NCBI GenBank assembly: GCA_010093995.1
Contig: ML992503.1
Coordinates: 1,479,234-1,543,233 of the forward strand
Source of the DNA: Elsinoe ampelina
Lineage: Eukaryota
Direction of reading: 5' to 3'
Length of the DNA stretch: 64,000 bases
Part shown: one piece after another, positions 12,213 through 24,918 of the stretch
How positions within the stretch are numbered: position 1 is the stretch's first letter
How the letters are laid out: each line of letters begins with the position of its first letter
Notes under the pieces: generated by a model
Databases searched by the model: none
What the model was told of the DNA's origin: nothing
The model's input: the letters and a program-made list of their open reading frames with translations, nothing else
Position numbers and translations under genes: made by a program

Positions 12213-13094
12213 ATGGCTCCACCAGGAGAGATCGTCTACCTTCCGAATACCGAAACATACAATCTCTGGGCCTCAACCTACGACACAGACGGCAACATCC
12301 TCCAAGCCATCGACAACCATCAGATCCTGCATGACTTGTTCCCCTTGGTCCTGAAAGGCCTCATCGGTACCAACGCCACGACTCTGAACATCACAGACCT
12401 CGGCGCCGGAACAGGCCGAGCATCTTTGGCTTTCCTCGCCGCCTTGACGCAGCGACTACAGGACGGGGCTGTCGATGCACCGCTCACGATACATCTGACT
12501 TTGCTCGACTCGTCGAGCGAGATGCTGGCTCTTGCTCAGTCCAAGCTGCTTGCAGCCATAGCTTCTCTGCCTACCAGTCTGCAGGTCAGCATATCGCCTA
12601 CCTTCAAGGAATTTGACATTTCATCGCCTCATCCTCCAGACGTGGCTCAAGCAGATCTAGTCTTTTCGACCCTCGTGCTAGAGCATCTGCCCATAGCTAC
12701 GTTCTTCACCGCTGTATCAGCAGCCACCAAATCCAGTGGGCAAGCAATCGTGACGAACATGCATTCAGCCATGGGTAAAACAGCTCTGAACACCAGCTGG
12801 ACCCCAGGTGCAGAAGGCGCTGCCTCGACCACTGGCGCAGGGTTCAAAGACGCAGAAGGAAGGAAAGTCAGAGCTGCAGAGAGCTGGGGTCACGATGAGG
12901 ACGAAGTGGAAAGTGTAGCGAGAGACCATGGGCTGGTCATGCTGGGTCACCGCGAGGAGGTGTGTGTGACACCACAGATGCTCGAAGGCGACGGTGATGG
13001 TGTCGGTGGCGGCAGGGGTATCAAGCTGGGCGAGAGGGGGAGGAAATGGATCGGTACCAACGTATGGACAGGCTGGACGTTTAGGAAGACATGA
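12213..13094 (+). CDS. Class I SAM-dependent methyltransferase
   Basis: YNLWASTYDTDGNILQAID, motif I DLGAGTGR, LVFSTLVLEH. Confidence 0.85.
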   Translation: MAPPGEIVYLPNTETYNLWASTYDTDGNILQAIDNHQILHDLFPLVLKGLIGTNATTLNITDLGAGTGRASLAFLAALTQRLQDGAVDAPLTIHLTLLDSSSEMLALAQSKLLAAIASLPTSLQVSISPTFKEFDISSPHPPDVAQADLVFSTLVLEHLPIATFFTAVSAATKSSGQAIVTNMHSAMGKTALNTSWTPGAEGAASTTGAGFKDAEGRKVRAAESWGHDEDEVESVARDHGLVMLGHREEVCVTPQMLEGDGDGVGGGRGIKLGERGRKWIGTNVWTGWTFRKT

Positions 13095-13789
13095 AGATTG
13101 CAACCATCTCCATTCCTTTTTCCTTTTTATGCTCCCCCACCCCTACTCACCCTTGCCCATACCTGCCATCACAGATCGGTCAGGACAGCGGTCACAACTC
13201 CCACACCCCCACCGTTTCAGGACCTGCACGACATACACCGCTCCTCTGCACCCGGACCCACGCGTCTCCACCGCTGCCGCAGGAGAAAGGGACGTGATGC
13301 TTCGGGGGTGAAACACCCGCTGAAGTCTCATGCGGCCACGGCTGCGCGAGCATGCGAGGTGCATGACGAATGTTTCGAGCTGTTCGGGGGACTATAGCTG
13401 GACAATATCAATGATGATATACATGTCGTTGCGAGCCCTGATGATGTGCATCTTCCACGGAGAGACACATGTCGTGGAGCAGACGTGCGCCGCCAGGGCA
13501 GACATCTCACACACACAAACAAGGTTAGGGCAAATCATCGATCGCGAGAGTCAGTTAGATTACACAATATTCAATATCTTGGTCACAGAAAAAGCGTATC
13601 GCATATAATAAGAGTTCATTACGTCGTCACAATGCTACAATGTATTTACGAGAAACAGTACGTTTGCTGTCCCTTCTCTGCCCAAAGCCAATATGTGCAT
13701 GCGTGCCCAACCCTCGCCCTAAACGCCATGTCGCAGCGTGAACAGCGTTCGAGAACCAGTTCCCCCATGTGAAAGCAATCAAGATATTT

Positions 13790-14338
13790 TTAGTGTCCGT
13801 ATTTGTGCTTCTTCTTGTTCTTCAGCGCCTCTTCTGCCTTGTGGCCTAGGAAGGCGCCCGCGACTGTCCCGAGGAACCCGTGGTTGCCGTGCTTGTTGCC
13901 CATGTGGTGGCCGCCTATGCCGCCTGCGATGGCGCCCATAAGGCCGCGGTCGCCGGGTTGGCCGTGGGCGGGGTCGGAGGCGCCGTATTGTGGGTTGGCG
14001 CCGTAGGTGCCTGACTGCTGCTGGTTGGGGGTCTGGCCGTATTGTGGTTGCGGGGGTGGGGAGGAGTAGCCTTGTTGTGGGTATTGTTGATGTTGCTGAG
14101 GATATTGCTGATATTGCTGCTGCTGGTTGTAATCGTACTGAGGTTGGTGGGAGCGTTGGTAGCCGCCTGTCGCTGGGGGACCGTATTGCTGGGACTGGTC
14201 GCCGTAGGTGGGGGCGGGCGGAGGCGCGTAGGCGTTTTGCTGAGGGTATGGAGAACCTTGATAGCCGCCTTGCTGAGGATATTGGCCGTACTGGCCCTGC
14301 GGCTGTTGTTGCTGCTGATTATAGTCGTAGTAAGACAT
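13790..14338 (-). CDS. Q/Y/P/G-rich protein with C-terminal glycine zipper
   Basis: Low-complexity N-terminus; DRGLMGAIAGGIGG...GFLGTVAGAFLGHKAEE glycine-zipper hairpin. Confidence 0.8.
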   Translation of the reverse strand: MSYYDYNQQQQQPQGQYGQYPQQGGYQGSPYPQQNAYAPPPAPTYGDQSQQYGPPATGGYQRSHQPQYDYNQQQQYQQYPQQHQQYPQQGYSSPPPQPQYGQTPNQQQSGTYGANPQYGASDPAHGQPGDRGLMGAIAGGIGGHHMGNKHGNHGFLGTVAGAFLGHKAEEALKNKKKHKYGH

Positions 14339-16000
14339 GATGCGGAAGTCGCGGAAGTTGTGTTCGGTGATTTGGTAGTAGGGCTGGATGAAGTCGCCGA
14401 AAACGTGTGAAATCTAGCGAGTGGTTGAAGCAGATGTGTGGTTTGTGTTTGGTGAAAAACGGTAGGATGCCAGGCGAGAAGACTCTTATATCGGACGGGT
14501 GGTGAGGCGAAGAGGCGTGAGATGGACGAATGACGAAGATGTAAGCCGCCTCGGAAGTGCCTTTTGGAGGGGCGGAGTCGGCGAAGTCGGAGCCAAATCG
14601 ACCGCAAAGAGTGAGGCGCAGAGAATTCGTCGTCGTTTTTGGCTTCTTTCCGCCCACACAGCCTCCATCAACTGCCGTTCATCCAATCACGCTACCAATC
14701 CTTCGCCCAGCCACTGGCCCTGTCGAGCTGGGGATGCTTTCGCATTGCCAATTCGTTGGATGGAGCTGCGGCTGCTCGGGTGAACGATTGTCTTGGACTA
14801 CGAAAGGCCACGCATTTTGCACCGTCCGAGTATAACACTGCCGCATAGGCACCGAGTATCGATCTTCATTCTAGTCAGGAACGCGCATTTCTTTGCGAGA
14901 CACTCTTTACCGTTCTTGACTCGTGGCCTCTCGTTCTGCGGCGTGGTCGGTGACAGAGTTTAAGCAGGGCTTGCACGGGAACCTCTTTGAGCTTCATCAC
15001 TTTGATCGATCTTGGTCGGTGCAGTGTGAGACTGGAACACCTGCATGGAATATACAAGGCATAGGGCTTCTTAGCACCGTGGCTTGACCGCGAATGCTCT
15101 AGGTCTACGCCTGGCGTCCACCGTCACCTCCACGACGGTCTCGTCCTTGTTTTCCATCCCAAGCCATCGTCACACGACATTCGACATGAACTGTTTCGGG
15201 AGATCGACCGTGAACGACTCCAGAGAGTCCAGACAAGCAAATTTGTGGATAGAAGAGGCGCACAGGCGTCACCAAGTTTGTTTCATTCGTCCGAACCTCA
15301 AACAGGACCGACCCTGTTTGATTGTCATTGATTGGCGCCCGGCCTGACGATGAAACGATCCGCACGGGAGAGAACTAAGAGCACTGCTCAGTTGGTTCCC
15401 CCCAGAGCATCACTCGCCGCACCTGCATCTCGTGCCAAATGGCGGTCCATGGTACACGCAAAAGTACACAGACACGAACAAATAGCCCTCGTTGTATTTA
15501 TGGCATTGATCGCCGTGAGAAGCCCACTCGCGTCCGTCATCTCCTCAGGTAGGACTACTTTTTATCCTCTTGACCTCACTTCTCCCTTCCGGCAGCCGGT
15601 CTGCATCCTCACGAGTTTCCTTATTGTTGGCTGGTTCCGGTATTGTCATGAACATCCTGTTGGCCTGAAAATCCTACAACTGTCGCTCACCATCTACCGA
15701 AATCCTTCGACTGTCACTCGCTATATACAGACCTCATCTGTGTATGGTCAGCTTTTGTTTTCAACGCTCCTGGAGGGCTGAACTCACAACCCTATGGCAT
15801 CTTTGTCAAGGTCAGTATTGTATCGTCGTTGACACGAACAAAGACTAACAAAGACTAGTCCTGAGGATGATCTACCCACAGTAGCATTATCATCTCTCGT
15901 ACAACCAGAACCCACCACTCGCGCCGCATCAATACCTGTCGCTTCAGTCACTGCGACTCCGATATCAAGTCCACCACCACCGCCATCGTCTTCACCTTCC

Positions 16001-17154
16001 ATGTCCCCAGATAATGTCAAACTAATAATAGCGTCCTCTGTTGTTGGTGAGTAAATCCTGCGAGTCAAATCCGCTTCGCACTGACCAGACTAGGCGGCCT
16101 CGTTTTGATATCCTTCTTGGTTTACGTCGGAGTTCGTCTTTTCCGTGGCGATGACATTGCCGACGTCCTCAAGCTCCGCCGGCGGCCTGCCGCTGTCCAC
16201 CTCGACGACGATGAAGCCCCTCCCTCCATCACCTTCGGAGAAGGTGCCTTCATCCACTGCACACAACGATACTCAGTCAGATCCTATCGTTACCCGTCCC
16301 GCCTCTCCATGCTCTCCACCAAGAGCCGCCGTGAGGCGTCACGATCGTCAAACACACTTAAATCCCCAACCTCACCTTACAAGCAATACACCGAGCAATA
16401 CCTCGTCCGACCACCATCTGCCAAGCGCCCCTCCGCGAGTCGCAACAACACCGATCCACTTCCACAGGTCCCCACAACCCCCGACAGTGGCAAAGTGATG
16501 AACTCATTCTTGTTCAATGCCTCTAGTGATACTACACTAGCCAAGCCAGAGATGGCGCAATTCCGGACAGGATCTTCCGGGTCGTCGTCGCCGATGACCC
16601 CGACCACGCCTCATGGTGCACCTGAAGTCGTCGGTCTGCCAACAAGCAATGCTCATCGCCGACTGACCATCACTGAGCGCCCCATCACTCCCCATGGGGG
16701 CCCCAACCGCAAGTCCTCCCGATTTACAGAAGACGACAAGGAGCGCTGGTCCTGGACCAACAGCGAAGCGCCATCGACGCCAAAATACAAGCTTGAACGT
16801 GCACCCAGCACGGATCCCAGCGGTCCCCGAGTGGTGATGGAGCGGATCGATGAGGACGGGGCCGACCTCACTCGGACAAAGTCATCAACTTCTCGACCAA
16901 AATCATCACACGACAAGCGCAAGAGCGTTCGCGACAAGGAGCGAGAGAAGGAGCTCGAGCGGAACCTCAAGAGCGCCATGCGATCCAGTGAAGTCCCAGT
17001 GGAGGGACGTAAAGGTCGACGATTGAGCAAAGCAGCACACCAGCATACCCACGCTCGCGTGCCTAGCCTCACACAGATCATTCGCAATCTGAGCGTCAAT
17101 GAGCAGAAGGGGGATGAGGAAGTCATGTTGAAGGACAGGAAGCCCGGTGCTTGA
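16001..17154 (+). CDS. Single-pass membrane protein with S/P/T-rich cytoplasmic tail; 5' exons uncertain
   Basis: 349-aa ORF; hydrophobic segment spans an intron (LIIASSVVG|GLVLISFLVYVGV), intron about 16047-16093. Confidence 0.6.
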
Positions 17155-17264
17155 GGAAAGTCGGAAAATAGCGTTGGATTCTTTTGCTTGCATGCTTGTC
17201 AGCTTGATACCCCACCCATCGTCTAGAACGGGCCTTTAGTAGACCAGGAAAAGATAATTTATTA

Positions 17265-18581
17265 TTACCCTCCTACCACACCTCCCTCTCCTCTATCCAG
17301 CGTCTTCCCCCCCGTGTCCACATCATCAACCTCCAACACTACCAACGAAGCAGCACACCCCTCCATCTCCTTGATCTCCACCACCCTAAACCCCGCCCTC
17401 CCCACCAGCACCATTCACTCCCCCCTCCCCCTCTCCCTCGCCCCAAACATCACCATCATCAAAACATCCATATTCCTCCCCAGCCTTTTCTTCACCCAAT
17501 CCCCTTGCTCCCCGCCCCCCTCATCCTTCACAACATCAAACACCACCACCCTCCCTCCTGGTCGTAACACCGGCCTCACCCCCTCCAGTATCCTCCCCGC
17601 CTCCTCGTCAGGCCAATCATGCAGTATAAACCTCAGCACCACCACGTCCACCCCCGCCATCTGGTTCCGCGCCAGGAAGTCCTGCTCCTGAAACTCCACC
17701 CTCCCCTGCACCTCCAGGGGTAGGTTCGCTCTCCCCTCGGCCACAGGGAGGGGGAGGTCCTGCACCACCACCCTGCCGATATTGGGGAAGGAGCGCGCCA
17801 AAGCCACGCCCAGCGCGCCGGTGTTGCCGCCTAGATCGAGCACCGTGGAGCCGGCGGGGAGGGAGGCGAAGGGGTAGTTGGCCAGGATGTGCGAGAGGGA
17901 GAAGGCGGGGTTGGCTTGGAAGCCTTGCATCAGGAGGGAGTAGGTCGCTGACCAGGTGGGGGAGGTGGAGGCCCATGTCGCGGAGTTGAGGGGGGTGGAG
18001 AAGGCGAGGTTGAAGGCTGTTTTGGGAGGGGGAGGGGAGGGGTTGGAGGAGGGTGGTGCGGTGGGGGAGGGAGAGGTGATGGTCGCTTTGGTGGCTTCGA
18101 CTTGGTGGAAGGAGGCGAAGAGGTTGATCTCGAGTTGGTAGCGGAGGGTGCCGCGTGCGATGTCGCTGGTGGCGACGTGGTGGGAGAGAGGGGAGTGGGT
18201 GATGCTGGTGGGACTGGTTTCGTGGAACCAGCCGCTTGTGGTGGCGAGGCGGATGATGCGGGTGAGGGTGTCGAGGGGAACGTTACGGGCTTTGGCGAGG
18301 TCGGTGTAGGTGATGCTGCCCTCGAGGGGGACGGCGGTGAAGATGTCGAAGTGGGAGAGCCATCGCAGGGCACACAGGGAGTAGATGGGGAGGTTTGTGT
18401 GGTGGAGGAGGGCTTCGGTGGGAGGGAGTAGGAGGAGTTGTAGTGAGTGGATCGCTGACAGGAGGTTGTTGCGGTCAGAAAGCAGATTGGGAGGTAGAGG
18501 GTGTGGATCAGGAGTTTTGAACGACGAAGCCAGGGCGGACGATGTTTTGTTGATGCTATCGACGAGGTCTTGGAACGACAT
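17265..18581 (-). pseudogene. O-methyltransferase (family 2) with in-frame TGA at 17415-17417
   Basis: VLDLGGNTG, VVQDLP, LRFILHDWPD, GARER; the frame continues after TGA with MVLVGRAGFRVVEI to TAA at 17265. Confidence 0.75.
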
Positions 18582-19923
18582 GGTGGTCTCAGCAGCACGA
18601 TGCTCGACTGGACTTGACCAGGAATGCTTGACCATCTGGGTGGTCCTGTTGTACAAAACGAGATGGAAAGTCAACCTACCCGCATACTCCACGCTTTTCT
18701 TTTGGTATCACCAACGCCATTTACACTGCTTCACCGCTGAGAGCTCAGCTCGACAATCACTTGCTCTCGTCAGATGGCTGTTGAGCATCGAACTGGTCTG
18801 TTGGCAGCTCCCAAAGACAGAAGGTGGTGCAAGTGACACCGTGCCTCGCTGAAGAAGCTGACAAAGGTCACTGCAGATCCAAGTCAATCCGTAACACTAC
18901 GAGCCGTCCGGAGCCTCACCGGACCGCTAATGGCGTGACGGAGACGAGAATGGTTTGACGGAGACGAGAATGGTTTGGCTGGTTTGCTGCTTGCTAGCGC
19001 CATGGCGCCATGGCGCTTCTGTTGTCTCCAGTGGCGAGTCAGACTTCATTTGCGACGTGTCAAGCTAGCAAATGAAATGTCGGCACGGAGGATCAGCTAC
19101 AGTCAGGCCGGCAGTGGTGATTGAGATAGATGGAGGTGGTTTGACAAGGCGAGACATGCACGCTTGACGTGTCCTCGAGCTTGACAGCTGAAACTCTATC
19201 TTCATCTACATGCCGGCTTCTGCATCCTTCCGGTATCATACAAGTCCACCAACATTCCAGCTGGAACCGTCTTGAACGCCATTATTCTGCTCATCGGTCT
19301 GCCGTGTCGCTACTAAAGCACCATCTGGACGGGCGGAAGAAGCCTTGACATGGTCCTGTTCTTTGCTTCGATTGCGTTCACACTGAGCTACGTGCCATGC
19401 ATCGCGGGACGGCTTAATCTGTCTCACTGAGACTCACGGCTGCCTCCTTTGTATCGACCTCCTTGACTCAGCGCAGCGAACGCTCTGGGCCGTGACCGGT
19501 CATCAGCATCTATATGATCCAGTGCGACTGCTGAGACTGCTCGAGGGAGGCCTCGCATCAACACCATCGAAGCCGCGATGGATCTCTCACCGGACGGCTA
19601 CCATGAAGGGAGAAAGGTGAATGCAGGGTCCAGATGGTGAGGGTGTTGTATCATGCACGCCAAGAGAGACCGCCACTTCGCCTGCAATATATTCTCAGCT
19701 CGTCACTGTCGATCGTCAATGATTGTACATCATCCCACAAACCAGCTACTCGTAGGCCGTACGTCCTTGACCGGTTCGTCTATTGGGGTCGGTGAGGATG
19801 CGTCCTAACAGCAGATGGAACGAGAGAGAGTGGCGATGACACTCCTCGGTCGTGGTAGGACCTTCTTTCTTTTCCGATTCCTTTCCGTACTTCGTGATTA
19901 TCGTATGCCCGTGTTCGTCTGCC

Positions 19924-21603
19924 ATTGCAGCTACAGGACCTCACCACGTCGCCCGAGAGTCTCCAGCAGCCACCGCGCTACCCAAGCCCTCCGAACCAGA
20001 CTCCGAAACAGTCTCCACCACCTCCACCACCCTCGACGAAGCCTACACCTTCCTCAAACCCGCCCACGTCTCCCCCGAAGCCGTCTCTCAAGTCGACATC
20101 AAAGCCCTCCACCGCCGCATCGATGCCCGCATCGTCCCCATCCTCCTACTAAGCTACACCTTCTTCTTCATCGACAAAGTCCTCATCAATGTACCCGTCA
20201 CCCTTTCCCTATCCCCTTCCCCCTCCCCCTCTTCCCCTCCCCTAATCCTTCTCTGACTGACCCCCCCAGTACGCCAACGTAATGAACCTCTCCCGCGACC
20301 TCGGCCTCAAAGGCAACGACTTCTCCAACGCCGCCACCACCTACGCAGTCGCCTACCTCATCGCCCAGCTCGGCCACGGGTACGCTCTCAATAAATCACC
20401 GGCCGCGAAATGGCTCTCCCTCAACATTGTGCTGTGGGGCATCACCACCGCAGGCACGGCTGGCGTCAAGGACAATGCTACATTGCAAGTGTCTCGCGTC
20501 TTCATCGGGGTTTTTGAAGGGGCTCTCGCGCCTTCGTGCTCTGTGGTTCTGAGTCAGTGGTATGATAAGCAGGGACAGGTGGTGCGGTTCGGGGCCTGGT
20601 TTCTGGGGTTGGGAGTAGGGCAGATCGTGGGCGGACTAATAAGTTTTAGGTTCTAGCATGTGTCTGGCACCGGGTTGGCGGGGTGGAGGATCATGTTGCT
20701 TAGTACTAGAGTGGCGACGGTGGTTGTAGGGGTGGCGGCGGGGCGGTTGGTGCCGGATAGTCCGATGGGGGCGGGGCTTTTGAGCGATGTTGAGAAGGCG
20801 GCGGTGTTGAGGAGTGTGGAGAGTAATCGGACTGGGGTGGTGGGGAGGCAGTTCAAGGTTGGGCAGTTGGTGGAGATGGCGAGGGATGTGCAGGTTTGGT
20901 TGTTGACTTGTATGGTCGTTCTGGTAGGTCCGCCTGTTCTCTACATGGTGTGAGAGCTGATTGAGGGATGCAGACTTGTACCCCGTCTGGTGTCATCTCG
21001 ACCTACTCGGCGACTCTGATCCGCTCTTTTGGCTTCTCTCCCAAAGCTTCTGTGCTGCTGAACATCCCTGGTGGTGCTGTCGCTGTGATTTGGACGGTAG
21101 TAGCTCACGTTGGTGCCCGCCAGACCAACACACGATGGCTATGGGTCGTCTTCTGCTGTGCCCCTGGCATCCTCGGTGGCGCCCTCATGTCATTCACCCC
21201 TCGAGCGAACCGCGCCGCTCTCTTGACAGGCATATACCTCGTCAACACTGTCGTCCCTGCGCTTCCACTTTCATACCAATGGGCTGCGGCGAACGTAGCT
21301 GGCATGATCAAGCGGCCGTTCACACTAAGCTTGTTGACAGCTGGGTTCAGCATTGGAAACATCATCGGCCCGCAGAGCTTTCAGGCCAAGGACGCACCGG
21401 ACTACCTTCCGGCTAAGATCACGGTGCTCTCTGTTATGGCTGGCGGTGGTGTTTGTGCTGTATTACTGAGGCTGCACTACGGCTGGGAGAATGCTCAGAG
21501 GGATAGGGCCGCTGGTGTTGCATCCGAGCACAGCACGACCGAGGTCGAGGTTTGGCGGAATCTGACCGACAAGGAGAACAGAGACTTCCGTTATGTCTAC
21601 TGA
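19924..21603 (+). pseudogene. MFS transporter of the allantoate permease (Dal5-like) family with in-frame TAG at 20654-20656
   Basis: RRIDARIVPILL, FFIDK, SRVFIGVFEG, GNIIGPQSF, NLTDKENRDFRYVY; same-frame ORFs split by TTC-TAG-CAT; no in-frame ATG in exon 1. Confidence 0.75.
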
Positions 21604-22182
21604 TGCAGCTTGTTCCATGCGCCAGCATCTGACACTTCACGAGGGTCTTAACACTGTATCTTGTCCTGCTGACTCATGTGGCTGTGTTCATGGCTCTTCC
21701 AGACTACCGCAGGTTTGCCACTCTACAGAGGCCGGTGATTCGACACGTTCACGATATTCCGATGGCTCCGATCTACACGGGGGCAAATCTTCATCTCATA
21801 TTGGCAAACTCAAATACTGAAAGCTATTCAAGCTGCGTCGTCTTTGCGGAACTCCCATGTTTCCGCTACCACATCCACAATCCCGATGCAAATGATTCAA
21901 CTGTAGATACAACATCCGAGCGGCGAACCCATGTCAGCATGAGGTCGTGTCCTGCCTCTCCAGTGGTATCGGGCTGATGTAAAAGACGAAAGAAAGATCC
22001 CATGTTGTGTCGTCTTAGAGAAGAGCCGTCCCAGGCTTATCTTGGAATGCAAGAGGTGCAAGGGGTGACGGAAGTGAAAAAACGTGGCCGAGTTCGTGTG
22101 CGGTGGAGAGACGAGCGACGCCAATAAGTCAGCGGCGAGCGTCACTGGTGTTGCGAGGGTCGAGCTGCCGCCTCGATGCTAG

Positions 22183-22910
22183 TTAGCACTGTGCGTGATT
22201 GTACTGGTCCTCCAGCTCCTTGATCCTTAGAAGGAGACTATCCCACTCAGCAAGGGCGGCTCGATGAGCATCTCGTGCAATCTGCAACTCTGCCTCCACG
22301 GCGGCCGTTTCGCGCATCAGCTCTAGGAAGCGTTCCTCATCGTCGACGTGGGTGGGGACAGACGCTATCTTGACTGTGGCGTCCATCTTTGCAATTCCGT
22401 CGGAAGCGAGGTCGTCGACCAAAGGCTGGAGACTGGTAGTGGTGGCTTTGTTGATGTTCTCGCCCGGCTTGACTTCTGTGACAGTGTCCTGGTCGAGCTT
22501 GGCTTCCACGGCTGTCAAGAGAGTCTGCGTATGGGTCTTGATGTCATTGAAGCGCTGTTCCATAGCTGCCTCCAGGGCCTGGAGAGCCTTCTCCTTCTTC
22601 TCGCGATCGTCGGCGACACTTTTGGTCAGAGCTATCAAGTTGTCCTCGATGTCGTGGGGGGAGTGATAGCGGAGAGGTTCAAAAGCGGGCGGGAGAAGAG
22701 CTTTTGAGCGTGATTTCCGAAGCATCGGGCTCGTGTAACACGCCTCCCGCAGTGCGACGTGACCAGACTGTCCAGAAGAGGGAATTTTTCAAGTCTCACG
22801 GTGGAGCCAAGTCCGATGTTACCGCAGGTGTTCGATCTCATGCCCTGACCGCTGCCTCGTTGCCCAGGAGAGGCGCTGGTCACCGAAGAATCCTTCTCAG
22901 GTGGCGACAT
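22183..22910 (-). CDS. Hypothetical coiled-coil protein; 5' exon uncertain
   Basis: 180-aa E/K/A-rich helical ORF 22183-22725, with a possible upstream exon from ATG 22910. Confidence 0.5.
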
Positions 22911-22996
22911 GTGACCAACAACCAGAACATGAGTTGTCTTCCCTCTCTTTCATACACCGAGTCTATGTTGCACACTTCGTTTCCTACAACCCTCAA

Positions 22997-24428
22997 TCAT
23001 TCCTCTTTCTCCCCCTCCAACGTCGCCTTCTCCATCACCGTCTCCAAATTCCCCAATACCCTCGCGCCCATCACCACCTCCTCGCCACCAACCACACTCG
23101 CCTTTTCCCCTTGCCCCTCGGGCGCCAAAGCCCACCTCGGCAACCCCGTCTCATACCCCCACGTCCCATCCTTACACTCATACCTCCTCGCGTGCAACCA
23201 GATCCCCAGCTCCCTCTCATCCGGATCCGTGTACAGCTCCGTCCCGCACACATCACATACTTCCCCGGACAACTTCTCCGCTTTCTTCTTGTTGTACTCG
23301 TCCACCATCTCGTCGTGCCATGCCGTCGCCATCGCTGCTTCCGTCTTGCCCATTCGACCGAGTCGTTCCATGATTGTCTCGTCGTCCGAGGCGGAGGTGC
23401 TCCATGCGCCGAGGTCGGGGCCGAAGACGCGCTGGTTGCTGTAGATCGGGTCGTTGGCGATCGGGTGGCTGAGGTATTGGAGGTGGACGCGGATCTGGTG
23501 GGTGCGGCCTGTGAGGGGCCGGGCGAAGACGATGCTGTAGCCGTCGCGGCGGCGGCCAGTGGAGGGGTCGACGTCAGTGGTGGCGGTGGCGGGTGGGTAG
23601 TAGGCTAGGCGCTCGAAGACGGTGCGGGCGGTCTTACCGTTGGCACGGACGCGGTTGAGGCCGAGTTTGGGACTGATTTGGAGGATGGGTTGTTCGCATA
23701 TTACTTCTTCCGAGGGGAATTCTCCTTTGACGCGGCAGACGTATTCTTTGCGGACGGTCCTGTCGGTGAGTTGCTGGGTCATGCGCATTGCTGCGTCTTT
23801 GTGTTTGGCGATGAACATGATTCCGCTTGTTAGTCTGTCCAGTCTGTTGCAGGGCAGAGGGTCGAAGCCTGACCCTCGTTCGTTACGTAGGATCTCTACC
23901 ACGGAATTGAAACGGTATCGGCCTGCAGGATGTACTGGAACGCCAGCGGGCTTATTGATGACGAGCAGATCCTCAGATTCGTGGACTATCGCTACGGGCT
24001 CAGCGGTCACAGGGGGTTCATGGCGGTGGGTTGTATGGGAGACCAAGTCGCCGTTCTTTAAGATCTGCGAGGGAGACGCCACGGGCTTGCCATTGATTTG
24101 AATAGCTCCCGTGAGCATACATTGTCGCTGGCGGGAATCAGCAGGAGAAATTGCCAAAGCAAGGGTATTGTACGTAGTATTCTACCGGTCTATCCCTAAA
24201 CTCATCTTCAAAGACTTCGAGCAATTCTCTGCCTCGCCAACGCTCTTTACACCAGGTATTGTATGTGAAGTGGTAGGGTGCGACACGTCGTAAGCCGTTC
24301 TCAAGGTAGTACGGCCGTGGCCAAGGATCGCAAGGTGTCACGGCGACTGCTGGGGGAGGAGGAAGGTCGTCATCCGGCTTCTTGTGTCTAAGGAGGGGAG
24401 AGGGCTGTTCAACCACCGTCAGGGCCAT
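22997..24428 (-). CDS. RluA-family pseudouridine synthase (Rib2/Pus9-like), 2 exons
   Basis: YNTWCKERWRGR, VINKPAGVPVHP, CNRLDRLTSG (catalytic Asp), PLTGRTHQIRVHLQYLSHPIANDPIY. Confidence 0.93.
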
Positions 24429-24918
24429 TGTGGCCAGGCGGCCCCTTCTGGCGAGGTAGGCTGCGACCTTGGGTGATGGAGCCAGCTGGAAGACCTCACG
24501 AAGCTGTGATTGTGAGGTCGGGACTGTCTACTGCGAGGCGAGTTGGTTGTTTGCGTTGGCGCAAAGTGAAGCTTTCGGGTCACAGAATTTTGGGACATGT
24601 CGTCAAAAGTCCCGGTTGAAGGGTCCCGGAAAGTTTGCCCAAGCCGAGGGGTTTCAACCACATCTCCCGGCTGGCATCTGAACATTGGAGTACGGAAAGC
24701 ATTGGACAAGACTGCTCATTCATCGTGAATATATCTAGTTCCTTCAACCATCTTGCGCTCTGTCCTTTGCACCACCGTCAATTACCTAAGGGTATCAAAA
24801 TCGAAGCTGACCGCCACTAGCAAGAAGGTGCTGTACTGTATCGTCCATCCGTTATCATCTCATCGTTTCACCTTCGATAGATCCGTAGTACTTCGGACAG
24901 GACCTTGTCGGTACAAAC

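Noticed and set aside
11174..21603. Secondary-metabolite cluster (thioesterase, methyltransferases, MFS)
   Set aside because: No PKS, NRPS, terpene synthase or RiPP precursor is visible, and the genes are interleaved with unrelated ones.
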